From a virus (lineage: Duplodnaviria; Heunggongvirae; Uroviricota; Caudoviricetes): 64,000 nt of DNA. Both the position numbers and the translations under genes were made by a program. The DNA is taken from IMG/VR virus record IMGVR_UViG_3300028591_000077; one strand, given 5' to 3'. Numbering within the stretch: the stretch's first letter is position 1; the number at the start of each line of letters is the position of its first letter. Shown piece by piece: positions 9,665 through 19,195 of the stretch. The notes beneath the pieces were generated by a model. That model saw nothing but the letters and a program-made list of their open reading frames with translations. It had not been told where the DNA came from and ran no database searches.

Positions 9665-9835
9665 ATGACATTCGAGGGTAACTACAAAATCTTCATCCAA
9701 GGCGACGACGATAAATACGACGTCTGCGTCCGCATGCCGGAGAACGGTATGATAGCGAGATTCGACTGCGTATACGCGGCCGACAAGTATGCCAAAGAGC
9801 ACGGCATAGTATCAGGGTATATAGTAAAGAAGTAA
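9665..9835 (+). CDS. small hypothetical protein (56 aa)
   Basis: RBS aaggagaa + ATG; GC-rich. Confidence 0.4.
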   Translation: MTFEGNYKIFIQGDDDKYDVCVRMPENGMIARFDCVYAADKYAKEHGIVSGYIVKK

Positions 9836-9857
9836 TATAATAAGTATACATAGGGCC

Positions 9858-9884
9858 TGGCGACAGGTCCTTTTTTCATATACG
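9858..9884 (+). terminator. rho-independent terminator
   Basis: gggcctggcgacaggtcc followed by T6. Confidence 0.55.
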
Positions 9885-10114
9885 TCAGGCCAGGATACTG
9901 GATCCGGGGCGTCTGTACGGGCTATAAAAGCCACTACTGGAATAGTGAAAATTTGCATTGAATTTTCGGCGGGGGCCCCTAAATTTTTCACACTTGCTGT
10001 GCGCGAGAAATTTGCCTTTCGATTTTTCCACGCGCGCACATACGCGTATATAAAGAGAGTAGCAAAAAGAGTAGTAATTTAAAAAATTTTATCGTATAAT
10101 ATAAAAAGAGGTAT

Positions 10115-10633
10115 ATGTATATGAACAAGACTTTAACGAACGCATCGCAACTTAATATCGACCTATCCGCCTTCCATGAGCCCGACCGCAAGTGGAAGCA
10201 GTATTATTATGAGGATATTGAACATAATCTATTGTTCCTCATTCCTTCTTATATGGCCTATGGTCCTATAGTCGTGGACCTTGACTGGGCTAAGACTGCC
10301 AGGTTTACTACCGGAGACAGTGCTATCCATATGTTTAAGGACTATGCTTGGAACATGACTTCTAATGTTCGTAGAACTAGCTATGTCAAGACGACTGTTA
10401 CTGATAGAAGCGTTAAGTGCGGAAGGAAGACTATCATTCTTGGTTTATTGGTGATGGACAAACTATATAATGAGCCTGATTCTATTGATAAGCTCGCCGT
10501 CAATTATCTTAATGGCAATACGCTTGATAATAGGAAAGTCAATCTATCTTATGGCGTCTTAAAGGAGAATAATGATAGTAAGTATTCTTCTGAGGTTCCT
10601 GCTGTCAATTATCCTTGTAAGATTTGGTGGTAA
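10115..10633 (+). CDS. hypothetical protein (172 aa)
   Basis: ORF after cgtataatat promoter. Confidence 0.5.
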   Translation: MYMNKTLTNASQLNIDLSAFHEPDRKWKQYYYEDIEHNLLFLIPSYMAYGPIVVDLDWAKTARFTTGDSAIHMFKDYAWNMTSNVRRTSYVKTTVTDRSVKCGRKTIILGLLVMDKLYNEPDSIDKLAVNYLNGNTLDNRKVNLSYGVLKENNDSKYSSEVPAVNYPCKIWW

Positions 10634-10699
10634 AAATATTAAAAAATTTCTATATTACTTTATATAGGATTGTATAATATATTAGACAGGAGAATATTT

Positions 10700-11347
10700 A
10701 TGTGTAAGACAGTTAAACAAAGTAAAAATGAATTAGTTATTATCGGTGAGATTGTTCATATCCGATTAGTAAATACTGGGCATTATACAAAGGCTACAAA
10801 GTCTACATTCTATAATTTACATGCCGACTACTATACTTGGTATGAATCACCTGACAGATATGCTTATGCTACCGTTAATGGCGAGACTATTAAATTACAC
10901 GAATATATCAAAGGTAAAAGACCTGGATTAATGGTAGACCATAAAGATAGAGATAGACTTAATAATACGGATGAAAATCTTAGAGTCTGTTTACCAGCAG
11001 AAAATGCTCGCAATACTAGCTTAGCAAGAAATAATAAGCTTGGTGTTAAAGGTATTAAGCAAGAGAAAGATGGCAAGTATACAATCCACTTATGGCCGGA
11101 TTCAGATGGTCGTTATATTGGTAGAACGGCAGACTTAATTGTAGCTCAATTAGTTTACAATGTTGCAAGTAAATGGTATTATGGTGATTTTGCTTATCAA
11201 CACGAAATTGCTGAGAGAGATATCACACAAGCGAGACTTAAAGATACTAGCACATTATTAGAACACTTTAAAGAAAAAGAAGAAAAACGCAATAGAGAAG
11301 TTCCTCACGTATTAGGTTCATTCTATGTTGCACAAGAAGCTATTTAA
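10700..11347 (+). CDS. HNH homing-endonuclease-like protein
   Basis: HEYIKGKRPGLMVDHKDRDRLNNTDENLRVCLPAENARN matches the HNH (H-N-N) core. Confidence 0.6.
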   Translation: MCKTVKQSKNELVIIGEIVHIRLVNTGHYTKATKSTFYNLHADYYTWYESPDRYAYATVNGETIKLHEYIKGKRPGLMVDHKDRDRLNNTDENLRVCLPAENARNTSLARNNKLGVKGIKQEKDGKYTIHLWPDSDGRYIGRTADLIVAQLVYNVASKWYYGDFAYQHEIAERDITQARLKDTSTLLEHFKEKEEKRNREVPHVLGSFYVAQEAI

Positions 11348-11399
11348 TAAGTAAAAAAATTTAAAAAAACTATTTACATTTAGAGAAATCTATTGTATA

Positions 11400-12295
11400 A
11401 TAATTATGTAGCTTGTAGAAGAACCCTATAAGAGAATATAAGAATACAATTATCGACGGATAATATGACTTAAAAGGTATTATAGGGACAGGTCTTGAAG
11501 TTATTGTAAGACGACGGCATCTAATAAGTCGACCAATGTTAGTTGAACAGTCTGAATGATGGAGTCAATTCGAATTATACGGCCTACAACGCTATACATG
11601 CCAAGTAAGTTATTGAGTTACCCAATGCACAAAGCGAAGGGTATTAAATGGCAATCGCTACCGACGTCGCAAGACCCAGGCAACAAACAGAGCTTAATAA
11701 CCCGTTCCTCAAAGCCAATTCAAAATGGAAAACGTTAGATAAACACTGACTTATTTGAGTTTCTGGCGGATTTCTGACAGTGAAAAAATAATTGGTTTTG
11801 AGGACCGGAAAAGCGGGTTCGACGCCCGTCGTAACGTCGTACGGCGTTATATGTAGTTCAGGTGTAGGTAGAACACCGGTGGCAAGTTCGCGAGGAGTTT
11901 GGCTAAGCATAACCCCGACGACATATCAGGTAGCGAAGTACAAGTGGCAAGGTGAGAGAGCCGATCTGATGTGCAATAACCTTCTTAGGTTATCTAAGCA
12001 TATTGTCAATCAGTATTCTTAGACAACCTGCAGAAGCTAAAAACCACGTTAAAAACCATAAGATAATCGGTTAAGTGGAGATGGAACCGATTGTGAGGAA
12101 TCAGGCGCAGACGACAAATCCCGAAGACACTGCGTGATCAAATGGGCGGAAGAATGGAGTAGCTAACCATTCCAAAATATGTTAAGTATCTCAGGAGTAA
12201 CTAACCTGAGTGGTAGAGGTGTGATGACTTCAGTCATCTCCAAATATAAAGAGTCTAGAAATGGGCTCTTTTTTCTTATTTTTATTGTATTATAT
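11400..12295 (+). ncRNA. candidate large structured non-coding RNA (about 0.9 kb, family undetermined)
   Basis: tttaca-N17-tgtataat promoter at 11376-11400; no credible ORF on either strand for about 900 nt; GC above flanks; many local hairpins; T-run terminator near 12265-12290. Confidence 0.35.
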
Positions 12296-12560
12296 ATTGA
12301 TAAGGTTGAGCCAAGAGGCTGGCTTAAAAGAAGACATCAACCTTATTACAGAAGAATGGCTCCGCATACAGGGCACGTAAAGTTCGACTGTGATTATTGT
12401 TTATTACTGAAATTCTAGATTATCTTGTATGCATGTTTGAAGCGATTGGCGCTTGACCGTGGAGAGCATTATTATATTGTGTAAAAAGCGTAATGGCACC
12501 GAGTCTAGAATCGTTGCCATTTTTTATATCTTCATTAATTGCTAAATTATACGATAGGAT

Positions 12561-13643
12561 GTGACGCTAATGAAGAATCTAGTTAAGACTGATTTCGATA
12601 CAACAGTAGAAGAACTTAATAGCTTAAATGAGCAGTATGCTGATACTGCTGATTTTAATGTTCACATTAATTTAAAAACTCCGTCTACGCAAGAGATAAA
12701 GAAAGCACAAGATGATTTTAAGAACAACGCTAATAATCTTATATTAGACTATCCTAATTTTCATCTTGGCTATGATTTAATGATGTTTGAAGCATTATTT
12801 AATTTTTATCTTAATGACCAAACAAATGCCAATAATAGTGCTTGGGCCGATGATCATGCAAGACAAATTATGAATGCTATGTTTGATGACAACGGACGCT
12901 GAAAAGGCAGAGGCTCTTATAATTACATAAAAAATATTATTGTTCCATTAGGCAATAAAGAATTAGAAAGAGCTATGAAGCTTGCTTGGGGCTTGATGTA
13001 TACCTCTGATAGTGCAAAGATAGCACATAAAGTTATTAAGATGAATGGTAGTACAATAACTACTACTTCTAATGTTGCTAATAATGTAACAAAAGACAGA
13101 GCTATTGCTTTTGTAAAAGAAAAATTATCAAAAGGGATTTTTATGTGGACAGGCGGTTTTAATGAAAATTCTTCGTTTGAAAATGCAACATTTGAAGAAA
13201 AGTTCTTAACATTCCTTTGCATGCAATTAAGCGTAGAACAAGAAATCAAAACCATACCAATGGCTATTAGAGGTGTAGCAGTAACAGATGAACAAAGAAC
13301 CTTATTCATAAGAGGTATGCAAACCATAAGAGATATTATTTATAGTAAGAACTATGATAGAGTCTTAGATATTTATACAACTATTGCAGAGGTGCACGGC
13401 GAGCTAGAAAAGGGTGGAGCATATTACACTGATTGGTTCCAAGTATTCTATAATAATAAGAAGATATTTGTTGACTTTGAAGTTATGGAAATGGGCTTAG
13501 CATTATTTATGAAGAAAATTGGTTGGCATTTAACGTATGATAAAATAGTAGACATTATCGGAATAGATAATCTTGAAAAACATTTTAAATATGGTGATAG
13601 CTTCTTATGTATGCTTAATAGAATAAAAGTAATAGAGGATTAG
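12561..13643 (+). CDS. hypothetical protein (360 aa if TGA at 12900 is read as Trp); N-terminus paralogous to next gene
   Basis: track ORFs 12561..12902 and 12975..13643 are in frame, separated only by TGA; fused length matches the 347-aa paralog. Confidence 0.45.
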
Positions 13644-13647
13644 TGTA

Positions 13648-14691
13648 ATGAAAAATTTAATTAAAACTGAATTTGATTTATTATTAGAAGAGCTAAATGA
13701 AGCAGCAGATAAAACAACTGCATCTTTTGACAATAGACTTTTTAAGTCAATTATTAATACTGTCAATAGTTGTCTAAGTAAATATGCGTTTAATAAAACT
13801 AACTTAGCTTATGCTGATGGTGAAGTTAAAGCTTATAAAGGCATTTCTAACTGGAGAGCAACTGTTACAACTAAAGATGCAAGCCTAGACCTTTTTGCAA
13901 TTAAGCGAGAAATTGATGCTAGTTTAGTTACTTATAATAATATTGTAGTTACAAGTGTAGATACAAATACTAGAAGTTTAACGATTAGAATAGTTGTATC
14001 TGGGCTTACTCAAAGTGAAGATGAAATTTTAGAAACATTAACCACTTTAGATGATGCAATTTCTACAGAAGTTAAATTTGATGATTTAAAGAGGGTATTT
14101 GATTTTTGGAATACATATAGAGCAGAGGACTTAGATGAAGATTGTTTAGCTTTATATAATTCTATTGACACTAAATTAAAAGCAATTATTGATTCTAAAC
14201 CAAAAGCATTAATTGATGCTATTGTGGAAGAACAAAAAGCAGATAAAGACTCAGCTTGGATAATTTGTTTACAATATTTTTATAATGCTTATATTGGTGA
14301 AAGTGCTGCAAAAGATTTATTTGATTTAAACTTTATAACTAATGAGCATGATATACTTTATTCTGGCGGTGCCATTGATACGTCTGATTTTACAGGAGCC
14401 TTCTTAAATAAAAATGCTAAGATAGAGTTTAAATGCTATGGTTCTATGGCTTCTGCACAAGATTGGATGAATAAAGAAGAAGCAGACCGTTCTAGTTATC
14501 ATGATGCACAATTTATTTTAATGTATATTATTGGAACTAATAAATGGTATATTGCACAAAATAAATCAAAACTTGAAAGTGAATACTGGATATATTTAGG
14601 ACAATACTTTGTTCCTGGTTTATATAAACTCCAACCAAATAGCAAAAATAGAACAAGCACAAATTTTGTTTCTTATGTAAAAAATAAATAG
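13648..14691 (+). CDS. hypothetical protein (347 aa), paralog of previous (shared MKNL[IV]KT[DE]FD..EELN N-terminus)
   Basis: ORF. Confidence 0.55.
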   Translation: MKNLIKTEFDLLLEELNEAADKTTASFDNRLFKSIINTVNSCLSKYAFNKTNLAYADGEVKAYKGISNWRATVTTKDASLDLFAIKREIDASLVTYNNIVVTSVDTNTRSLTIRIVVSGLTQSEDEILETLTTLDDAISTEVKFDDLKRVFDFWNTYRAEDLDEDCLALYNSIDTKLKAIIDSKPKALIDAIVEEQKADKDSAWIICLQYFYNAYIGESAAKDLFDLNFITNEHDILYSGGAIDTSDFTGAFLNKNAKIEFKCYGSMASAQDWMNKEEADRSSYHDAQFILMYIIGTNKWYIAQNKSKLESEYWIYLGQYFVPGLYKLQPNSKNRTSTNFVSYVKNK

Positions 14692-14702
14692 AGGTATTAT
14701 CT

Positions 14703-15101
14703 ATGAATTTTAAATTTGAACCAGGTGACGTTGTAAAAATTAGTAGTGGTTATTTAGATGTAGGCGAGAATCCTGATACTGAATATATTGTAAGAGATGA
14801 CTATGGCAATGGTAAAGTAGAAGTTTATTTGCCAAAAGAAAATGATATCAAAGCTTTTAGGGGTATTTGGACATGGCCAGATTATACAATGTATAAAGTA
14901 AGACATGTTAATATAATGCCAGATGGAATTGAGTATTATGACGTCGGTGACGTATTGGCCAATGATAAGACCACTGTTATCGTAGCTGAATATGATGCTC
15001 ATAATAGGATGTATGTTATTGAATTTACTGGTGCAGACGCCGGACAGCGTAGAGAAAGAACAAGATTTGAATTAGCAGAAGATGGGTTTAGGAGAGTATA
15101 G
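14703..15101 (+). CDS. hypothetical protein (132 aa)
   Basis: ORF with RBS. Confidence 0.5.
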   Translation: MNFKFEPGDVVKISSGYLDVGENPDTEYIVRDDYGNGKVEVYLPKENDIKAFRGIWTWPDYTMYKVRHVNIMPDGIEYYDVGDVLANDKTTVIVAEYDAHNRMYVIEFTGADAGQRRERTRFELAEDGFRRV

Positions 15102-15104
15102 AAT

Positions 15105-15395
15105 ATGAAATACTATGAACTTAGTTACATTACAGACAATAATGGTGAAACAGGTGCCTCCCATAGTTATAAAATCGCGCGTTCTACAAATAAAGCAGAG
15201 ATTGATAAAATTATTTCTGATAATAATTTAGAAGTAGTCACTGACTTAGAAAGAGGTCAAGATCATGTGTTTTTATACACAGAATTTGAGCCGACTTTTC
15301 CAGTATATTTTAACCAAGATTTATTAGCAGCGGCTATTAAGGAAGATAAAGAGTGGAAAGACAAACCAGTTTGGAATCCATTTGATATATTCTAA
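15105..15395 (+). CDS. hypothetical protein (96 aa)
   Basis: ORF. Confidence 0.5.
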   Translation: MKYYELSYITDNNGETGASHSYKIARSTNKAEIDKIISDNNLEVVTDLERGQDHVFLYTEFEPTFPVYFNQDLLAAAIKEDKEWKDKPVWNPFDIF

Positions 15396-15469
15396 TAACG
15401 TCAAATATAATTTACAAAAATGTGCATAATGTCAAATATAATTGACATTATTAATAAGGGAGAAGAATT

Positions 15470-15970
15470 ATGGAATATACTTATGGTATTGAAAAAGTCT
15501 ATAATATCGTCAAAAGAGTAAGAAGAAAGCTTATATTAAATGACAAGGTTATTGATTATCTTTATAATAAACTTTCTGATAAAAATAAAAGATATGTCTT
15601 AATGACAGGCTATTCTGAGTATAAAGAAATTACAAAAGATGTCATCAAAGATTTATTGCAGAAAGCCGAACAAGATGGCAGATATTGGAACAAAGATGTT
15701 TTTGCAGAATTAGCAGATTATCCGGAATATGATGGCGTGCCATTCGAGGTTACTCATGCAAGTCCATATGACCATCGTTGGCCAGGCGACTACGATGAAG
15801 ATGCTTATGATGATTGGAAAGTAGATGCATGCAGTCTTAGTGACTTATTATATGATGACACTTGAAATACAGAGCCTGTCTTTGCAGAACATCCAGAAAA
15901 CTTCGATTTTGAGGATGAAGAAGTTGAAATAGAACAAGAAAAACTAACAGATACACGTTATGGCTGGTAA
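15470..15970 (+). CDS. hypothetical protein (166 aa with TGA at 15863 read as Trp)
   Basis: ORF continues through TGA to TAA at 15968. Confidence 0.45.
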
Positions 15971-16048
15971 AGGTTATGATTAAATCATAATCTTTTTTTA
16001 TCTTTTCTTTATCAATGCCGTATAATATATAAGAATGGGTAGTGGCTT

Positions 16049-16240
16049 ATGAAAAATACATACATTATCTTAGTCATATTAAATGTTGTTATGGTATTCT
16101 TGTCTGGATATCTAAGTATACATTATTTTATGGATGGCACGCAATCTGGCATTATTTGTGGAATTCTTTGGACTATCGCTTGTGCTTGTTGGATTGGATG
16201 CACAATTTTTAATACCATAAATACAGTGAGGAATCGCTAA
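16049..16240 (+). CDS. small two-TM membrane protein (63 aa)
   Basis: hydrophobic ORF after cgtataatat promoter. Confidence 0.45.
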   Translation: MKNTYIILVILNVVMVFLSGYLSIHYFMDGTQSGIICGILWTIACACWIGCTIFNTINTVRNR

Positions 16241-16602
16241 TGGATATCGTAAATAAAGAGCTTAAAGGCTATACAGTCATTGTTAAAGACAAATACATTC
16301 TTTGTGGCACAAGTCGTTCATCTCATTGGAAACCCATTGATGATATTGGAACCAGTAAGGTAAGACAATATTATTCTTTGAAGATTCTATTCGCTAATTT
16401 AGGTGCACATTTTACAGCTTGGGGCAGCAGAGACTTTGAGCAAGAATTCAGAGAACTCTGTAGAGAATATAACTGCAGGCCATATTGGATTAGCAAAAAG
16501 TTATTGTCACATCTTGTAGAAACTGGCTGGCTAAAAGTCATCAAAGTAAATCAAATATTATCTTTTGAAGAAGTGCCTGATGTATTGAAGGAGCTTAAAT
16601 AG
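16240..16602 (+). CDS. hypothetical protein (120 aa)
   Basis: ORF. Confidence 0.5.
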   Translation: MDIVNKELKGYTVIVKDKYILCGTSRSSHWKPIDDIGTSKVRQYYSLKILFANLGAHFTAWGSRDFEQEFRELCREYNCRPYWISKKLLSHLVETGWLKVIKVNQILSFEEVPDVLKELK

Positions 16603-16603
16603 T

Positions 16604-16924
16604 ATGAAGAAAAAGAAAGAAACAGAGTCTGTCAGAAGCAAAAAGCTTGAAACGGTTCAAGGTGTTAATGTCAATAACCAATATCATAGTAGCCAAATAG
16701 ATGTTTTTAGCAAAATGATTTTAGGAACGTTTGGATCTAATGGAGAGCCGGTAAAACATAAATATTACGAGCTCGTCAGTAAAGATGGTAAAATAGTTCA
16801 AATGGTTACTTCTGATTCTGAAGTAGTCATCCAGTCAGCTGCATATCGCATGGGGCTTGATTATCGTTTAGTAGAGTTTAATGAAACCTTTGAGGATTTG
16901 GATAAACAAGCAGAGGATAAATAA
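16604..16924 (+). CDS. hypothetical protein (106 aa)
   Basis: ORF. Confidence 0.5.
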   Translation: MKKKKETESVRSKKLETVQGVNVNNQYHSSQIDVFSKMILGTFGSNGEPVKHKYYELVSKDGKIVQMVTSDSEVVIQSAAYRMGLDYRLVEFNETFEDLDKQAEDK

Positions 16925-17227
16925 ATGGGATATGATAAGGATGTAGATTTCAATATTGAATATAAGGGCAAAACATTTCATATTATCGGTGTAGAAATAA
17001 CTTATAGTAACTTTTATTTAGCTACAGAACTAACCGATGATAATGCAGAGCTCTATGATGAAATTGCTTACAAAGCTCGCAGAAACGAAACAGAATACAA
17101 AGAAAGCTATAAGGGCATGTCTGGCATTGTTCCGTTAGAATGCTGGGATAGAGTGAATAATATTGGGCTATTTAGACTGGACATGTGGATGCCTGATGAA
17201 AATAAAGAAAAATGGGGTATTTGCTAA
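16925..17227 (+). CDS. hypothetical protein (100 aa)
   Basis: ORF. Confidence 0.5.
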   Translation: MGYDKDVDFNIEYKGKTFHIIGVEITYSNFYLATELTDDNAELYDEIAYKARRNETEYKESYKGMSGIVPLECWDRVNNIGLFRLDMWMPDENKEKWGIC

Positions 17228-17397
17228 TGATTACCTACATACCATATTGTAACAGGGCTACAAGACGTGAAGTTGAAAGGTATATGAAAAAACATCCTAA
17301 GCTAACATTCACGCAAGCATATAACAAATTGTATCATACGGACTATGCCGAGCCATATTCTCCAGAAAATGATACATCTACGAAAGGAAATAACTAA
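17227..17397 (+). CDS. small hypothetical protein
   Basis: ATG overlapping upstream stop (TAATGA). Confidence 0.35.
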   Translation: MITYIPYCNRATRREVERYMKKHPKLTFTQAYNKLYHTDYAEPYSPENDTSTKGNN

Positions 17398-17398
17398 A

Positions 17399-17929
17399 AT
17401 GGAATTACAAGTTTTTAAAGACAAATTTATGCACACTACCTACAAGCTTGAAGAAAAGCTTGATAAGGTCAGAGATGTTTTATTAAGTGAGGGCGAAGAA
17501 GACGAGCCAGAAGAAAGCTGGGCAGAATATAATTGGCCTCAATTCAGCAGCACTGCACTAGAACATATCAGAGCTTTAGCAAAAGATGCTGCTAAAGTTT
17601 ATCATTTTGTTGTTGAAGACGAACGTCCTTGCGATTCAGATTCTGAACAGCTAGTTTATGATAGCGAAATGTTTAGAAATTTACACGATATTCTTGATTA
17701 TGTTGAAGATATTAGCCGTAGTTTTGGACATACCTATTTAAAACTTACTGGTGAGCATTTAGAAAGAGCTGAGAATCCACATAACCAAGACAGCATTGCA
17801 GGTCTTGCGGACTATATTATGGAAGAGTTTGATCTTTTAGTCGAGGATGCTAGTGAAATCTTAAGTTATCTTGCTAATAACAACTGCTGCGAATCAAATC
17901 CAGCGCCTAGAAAAGGGACTAGAAAATAA
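17399..17929 (+). CDS. hypothetical acidic protein (176 aa)
   Basis: ORF; start set at ATG 17399. Confidence 0.5.
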   Translation: MELQVFKDKFMHTTYKLEEKLDKVRDVLLSEGEEDEPEESWAEYNWPQFSSTALEHIRALAKDAAKVYHFVVEDERPCDSDSEQLVYDSEMFRNLHDILDYVEDISRSFGHTYLKLTGEHLERAENPHNQDSIAGLADYIMEEFDLLVEDASEILSYLANNNCCESNPAPRKGTRK

Positions 17930-18252
17930 TGAGGACCATAACTGGAACGAGAGGTTCTGGTAAAACAGTAACCTTAGCAAGAGAAGCTAATCTATTGCAC
18001 TCTTACGGCGAACGTTGTGTATTCATTGTTAAGACAAAAGACTTTGAAGATATTCTTAGACATGCTGGTCTTAATAGAGATATCCCAGTAATTACTTTGA
18101 CAGAATATAATAGAGATAAAGCAGAATATATTGATTATTATATTTTCATCGATGAAATTGAAATCTTGCTACATCAAATGTTTAGAGGCAAGAACATTGC
18201 TATTTCAACGGATAAAGAAAATATGGTAGAAGTTGATTGGAGGAAGAAATAG
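17929..18252 (+). CDS. small P-loop NTPase
   Basis: Walker A GTRGSGKT. Confidence 0.5.
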   Translation: MRTITGTRGSGKTVTLAREANLLHSYGERCVFIVKTKDFEDILRHAGLNRDIPVITLTEYNRDKAEYIDYYIFIDEIEILLHQMFRGKNIAISTDKENMVEVDWRKK

Positions 18253-18626
18253 TGAAATATAAAATCTTAGCAGACTACGCTGAAAGATTGGAAAAACCAG
18301 TTAATGAGCTTGCCGCTCAAGGATATACCATTTTCAAAGTTTTACAACAAGATGATTGCGGAACACATATTTGTATTATTATGTCTAAAGAAGAACAAGC
18401 GCAGCCATGCACAGTAAGAGAGCTTTTGAACCAAGCTTATAAAGACGGCGTTTGGAGCACTTGGGTTGACAAAGATGGTAAGACTACAATTCTTCATTCA
18501 ATAAGCCAATGCTTTACAAAAGAGGGTGAAGGTATTGTAGCAATCTATCAAGATGGTGATGAAAGAGTTCACTTGTTATCTGACTACGGTAATACTTGGG
18601 CTTTAACTGCAGACGAATTATATTAG
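18237..18626 (+). CDS. hypothetical protein (129 aa)
   Basis: ORF. Confidence 0.45.
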   Translation: MEEEIVKYKILADYAERLEKPVNELAAQGYTIFKVLQQDDCGTHICIIMSKEEQAQPCTVRELLNQAYKDGVWSTWVDKDGKTTILHSISQCFTKEGEGIVAIYQDGDERVHLLSDYGNTWALTADELY

Positions 18627-18627
18627 T

Positions 18628-18861
18628 ATGAAACCTGTAGAGGGCAAATATTACCCAGCCTATGCCTGGAGACATTTTGTGTCTTATAAAGATGCTATGC
18701 TTGATAGGCCTTGCGATACATATGAAGAAGCAAGAGAAAAAGCAATAGCAATGCTATGTGACGATGACAATTGCGGAGTATATTTATTCCATTGTAATCA
18801 TTGGTGGCATTTTGAGCCAGACTGGGATGTAGATGCTGTTATATTCAAGAAAGTAGACTAA
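18628..18861 (+). CDS. hypothetical protein (77 aa)
   Basis: ORF. Confidence 0.45.
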   Translation: MKPVEGKYYPAYAWRHFVSYKDAMLDRPCDTYEEAREKAIAMLCDDDNCGVYLFHCNHWWHFEPDWDVDAVIFKKVD

Positions 18862-18923
18862 AAAAGTAGGAATATTTATATAATAACTATCGTATATTAT
18901 AATATAAGGATAAGGAGAAGCTT

Positions 18924-19130
18924 ATGGATATGTATGATGTTAATAAAGAACCGCAATGTGAATTAGAATTTGATGAAGATTTTAAGAAAAAGCTAATAGA
19001 TATTATAGAGCGTTCTATGCATGGTTCGATTAATAATAATGCCGATGCGGCAGTATTGTTTCATTGGCTGCGTCATCAGGATGACCCGGCATATAGCTTC
19101 GTCCCAGAAAAATATAGAGGCACCAAATAG
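18924..19130 (+). CDS. hypothetical protein (68 aa)
   Basis: ORF after cgtatattataat promoter. Confidence 0.4.
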   Translation: MDMYDVNKEPQCELEFDEDFKKKLIDIIERSMHGSINNNADAAVLFHWLRHQDDPAYSFVPEKYRGTK

Positions 19131-19195
19131 TTGGTGCTTTTTATTTATTTTTTATTTGCTAAATTATGTGATAAATATCTATTGGAGGATACAAT

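Noticed and set aside
11644-12418. Short ORFs (60-88 aa) on both strands inside the 11.4-12.4 kb region
   Set aside because: No RBS or start context, GC-biased amino-acid composition, overlapping each other; the region is better explained as non-coding RNA.
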